Shown piece by piece: positions 30,625-32,000 of a stretch of 32,000 nucleotides of DNA. Every line of letters starts with the position of its first letter. The stretch's first letter is position 1. Origin of the DNA: Ruminococcus albus 7 = DSM 20455 (GTDB lineage: Bacteria > Bacillota > Clostridia > Oscillospirales > Ruminococcaceae). The stretch spans positions 2,190,001 through 2,222,000 of the forward strand of contig NC_014833.1 in the NCBI RefSeq assembly GCF_000179635.2. The letters are read 5' to 3'. Under the pieces are notes generated by a model. The model searched no databases and was not told where the DNA came from. It saw only the letters and a list, made by a program, of their open reading frames with translations. The translations under genes were made by a program, and so were the position numbers.

Positions 30625-31527
30625 TTATTTAAAACTTACTGTATATTTATGTAAAAGATATTCGGGATGATAGGATAATTTTGAACGACGAAGGCCTTCA
30701 ATTCCGAGATCCTCTTCCCTGTTGATATATTTAAGATGCGACGCATATTTTTTTGCAAACTGATTGCAAATCATAGGATAAGCTCCGTTAATATCACTTC
30801 TTGCTTTTTCGATATGCACAACAAAAGTATCGCTGTTTAACTGTTCTCCCACTGTCATACCGACTATTTCATCACCGCATCGGAGTATCCCGCCTTTCAG
30901 TCCAAGATAGTCCATATTCATCAGAAAACGATGGATAGCATACTGTTCTATAGCTGCTGAGCCATTATAATCACTGCCCGAGTTATACAAGTCAGCTGCG
31001 AAAAGTATACAGTCATCGATATCATCGGAAGTGATCTCATCGAAAGACCAGTCATTATCCATGAATCTTTTTATATGATTTCTTTTGCCGTGATACTTTT
31101 TTCCCTCCAAAGCGATAAGGTTATCAGACAAATATATATAATCCGAGCTTCCGCGGTCATAGTAATATGTTATCCTATCTCCGTAAAACTCTTTCATCCA
31201 TTCAAGATCACATTCCGTTACTGAACAAACTTTAAATGGATGTCCGTTATTTGTTATATATTTTTCAAGCTCGTCCAATAGCGATATCATCTGCTCTATA
31301 CCCTCAGTATCACTGCGGGAACCGGCAGGTAATACAATAACAGGTTCTCCTGCGATAAAACTCATCAGTATATAATGGTCTTTACTCAGACAAATAAGGG
31401 AATCACTGAGCCTGTGCCATGCGTAATTATTTGCAAAACTGTATTCGCAGCCGCGTCTGTCAGATACCGCCAATCTTGAATTGATCTCGTCGCGGTCAGT
31501 AAGCTCGATCTTTCTGAAATCAAACAT
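30625..31527 (-). CDS. DUF2156 / LPG-synthase-C-like (GNAT-fold) protein
   Basis: 300 aa. I recognise N-terminal CEYSFANNYAWH, central DYIYLSDNLIALEGKKYHGKRNHIKRF and C-terminal REEDLGIEGLRRSKLSYHP as the DUF2156 pattern related to the MprF C-terminal domain. This is by-eye recognition only. Confidence 0.6.
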   Translation of the reverse strand: MFDFRKIELTDRDEINSRLAVSDRRGCEYSFANNYAWHRLSDSLICLSKDHYILMSFIAGEPVIVLPAGSRSDTEGIEQMISLLDELEKYITNNGHPFKVCSVTECDLEWMKEFYGDRITYYYDRGSSDYIYLSDNLIALEGKKYHGKRNHIKRFMDNDWSFDEITSDDIDDCILFAADLYNSGSDYNGSAAIEQYAIHRFLMNMDYLGLKGGILRCGDEIVGMTVGEQLNSDTFVVHIEKARSDINGAYPMICNQFAKKYASHLKYINREEDLGIEGLRRSKLSYHPEYLLHKYTVSFK

Positions 31528-31530
31528 TTA

Positions 31531-32000
31531 TTACTCTATGATCTCCGTCAGCTTATTAAATATTGCTTCAATGCTGAGAGGCTCATTTCCACAGCTGCAT
31601 TCAACAATATCCCATCCTTGTTTTTCAGCAGTGAAGAGTGCCGCCTTACGGCACATATGCAAAAATTCTATGTTTTTTTCATGTATATCTTTTTTACTCT
31701 CATCTCCGCCATACCTTGCTGAAAGCAGGCGCTGAGAGATCTCGATCGGCATATCAAGGAAAATTACTTTATCCGGTTTCGGAAGACTGAGTTTACAATA
31801 TTCATAATCCTCAAGCCATGCAAGATAGTTTTCCCATTCATCTTCGGGAAGTTTGGTCATCTGATAAATGCAATTGGATGTTACATACCTTGCAGCCAGA
31901 ATAAGACAGCCATCATTATAGTCTTTTTCCCAGTATTTTTTGTAACTTATATATCTGTCAGAGGCATAAAAGCTTGAAGCTGCATAAGCATTGACTGCCT
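31531..32000 (-). CDS. thymidylate kinase-like (dTMP kinase family) protein, N-terminus outside the window
   Basis: The frame is open from the window edge, reading ...SDRYISYKKYWEKDYNDGCLILAARYVTSNCIYQMTKLPEDEW.... The (D/A)RYxxSxxxYQ segment and a lid-like region LSARYGGDESKKDIHE resemble Tmk. The listed 109-aa ORF is only its C-terminal part. Confidence 0.5.
   Translation of the reverse strand, partial: AVNAYAASSFYASDRYISYKKYWEKDYNDGCLILAARYVTSNCIYQMTKLPEDEWENYLAWLEDYEYCKLSLPKPDKVIFLDMPIEISQRLLSARYGGDESKKDIHEKNIEFLHMCRKAALFTAEKQGWDIVECSCGNEPLSIEAIFNKLTEIIE

Noticed and set aside
1-32000. CRISPR arrays, rRNA or tRNA genes, prophage or defence-system genes
   Set aside because: I saw no regularly spaced direct repeats, no recognisable rRNA or tRNA sequence features in the intergenic regions, and no nuclease, helicase or methylase genes typical of defence islands. 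This was by eye only, and a tRNAscan/Infernal run would settle it.

Overview
This looks like a moderately AT-rich Firmicutes/Clostridia-type chromosome segment. From gene content I guess a Ruminococcus-like fibrolytic anaerobe, but that is inference only. I see four blocks.

(i) 1-4428 (+) is the 3' end of a tightly packed carrier-protein-dependent biosynthetic operon. It holds a ketosynthase fragment, a MIF-family tautomerase, an alpha/beta hydrolase with a Cys nucleophile elbow, an adenylate-forming ligase, a free-standing carrier protein and a type II thioesterase.

(ii) 4646-13275 (-) is the most interesting part, a sulfur-flavoured operon. The order is a NifX-like cofactor-binding protein, cysteine synthase CysK, a NifK/N-like then a NifD/E-like nitrogenase component-1 homologue, then a NitT/TauT (sulfonate/taurine-type) ABC importer. 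No NifH-like reductase and no NifB are present in the window. The operon is split by an IS110-family element on the opposite strand, and its permease carries a homopolymer frameshift.

(iii) 13847-26507 is a plant-polysaccharide degradation island. It encodes a GH43-CBM13 enzyme, an HExxH protein and a PL1 pectate lyase, and all three end in the same ~92-aa FN3-like module. It also has two divergent paralogous XylR-like regulators (sugar-binding domain, degenerate GGDEF, AraC HTH). An IS1595-family element with clear inverted repeats and an 8-bp target duplication landed exactly on the stop codon of one regulator.

(iv) 26604-32000 (-) is housekeeping: U32 peptidase, MltG, 5-formyl-THF cyclo-ligase, DJ-1/PfpI, DUF2156 and a thymidylate-kinase-like fragment.

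I recognised no rRNA, tRNA or CRISPR array. All family calls come from by-eye motif recognition; no searches were run.
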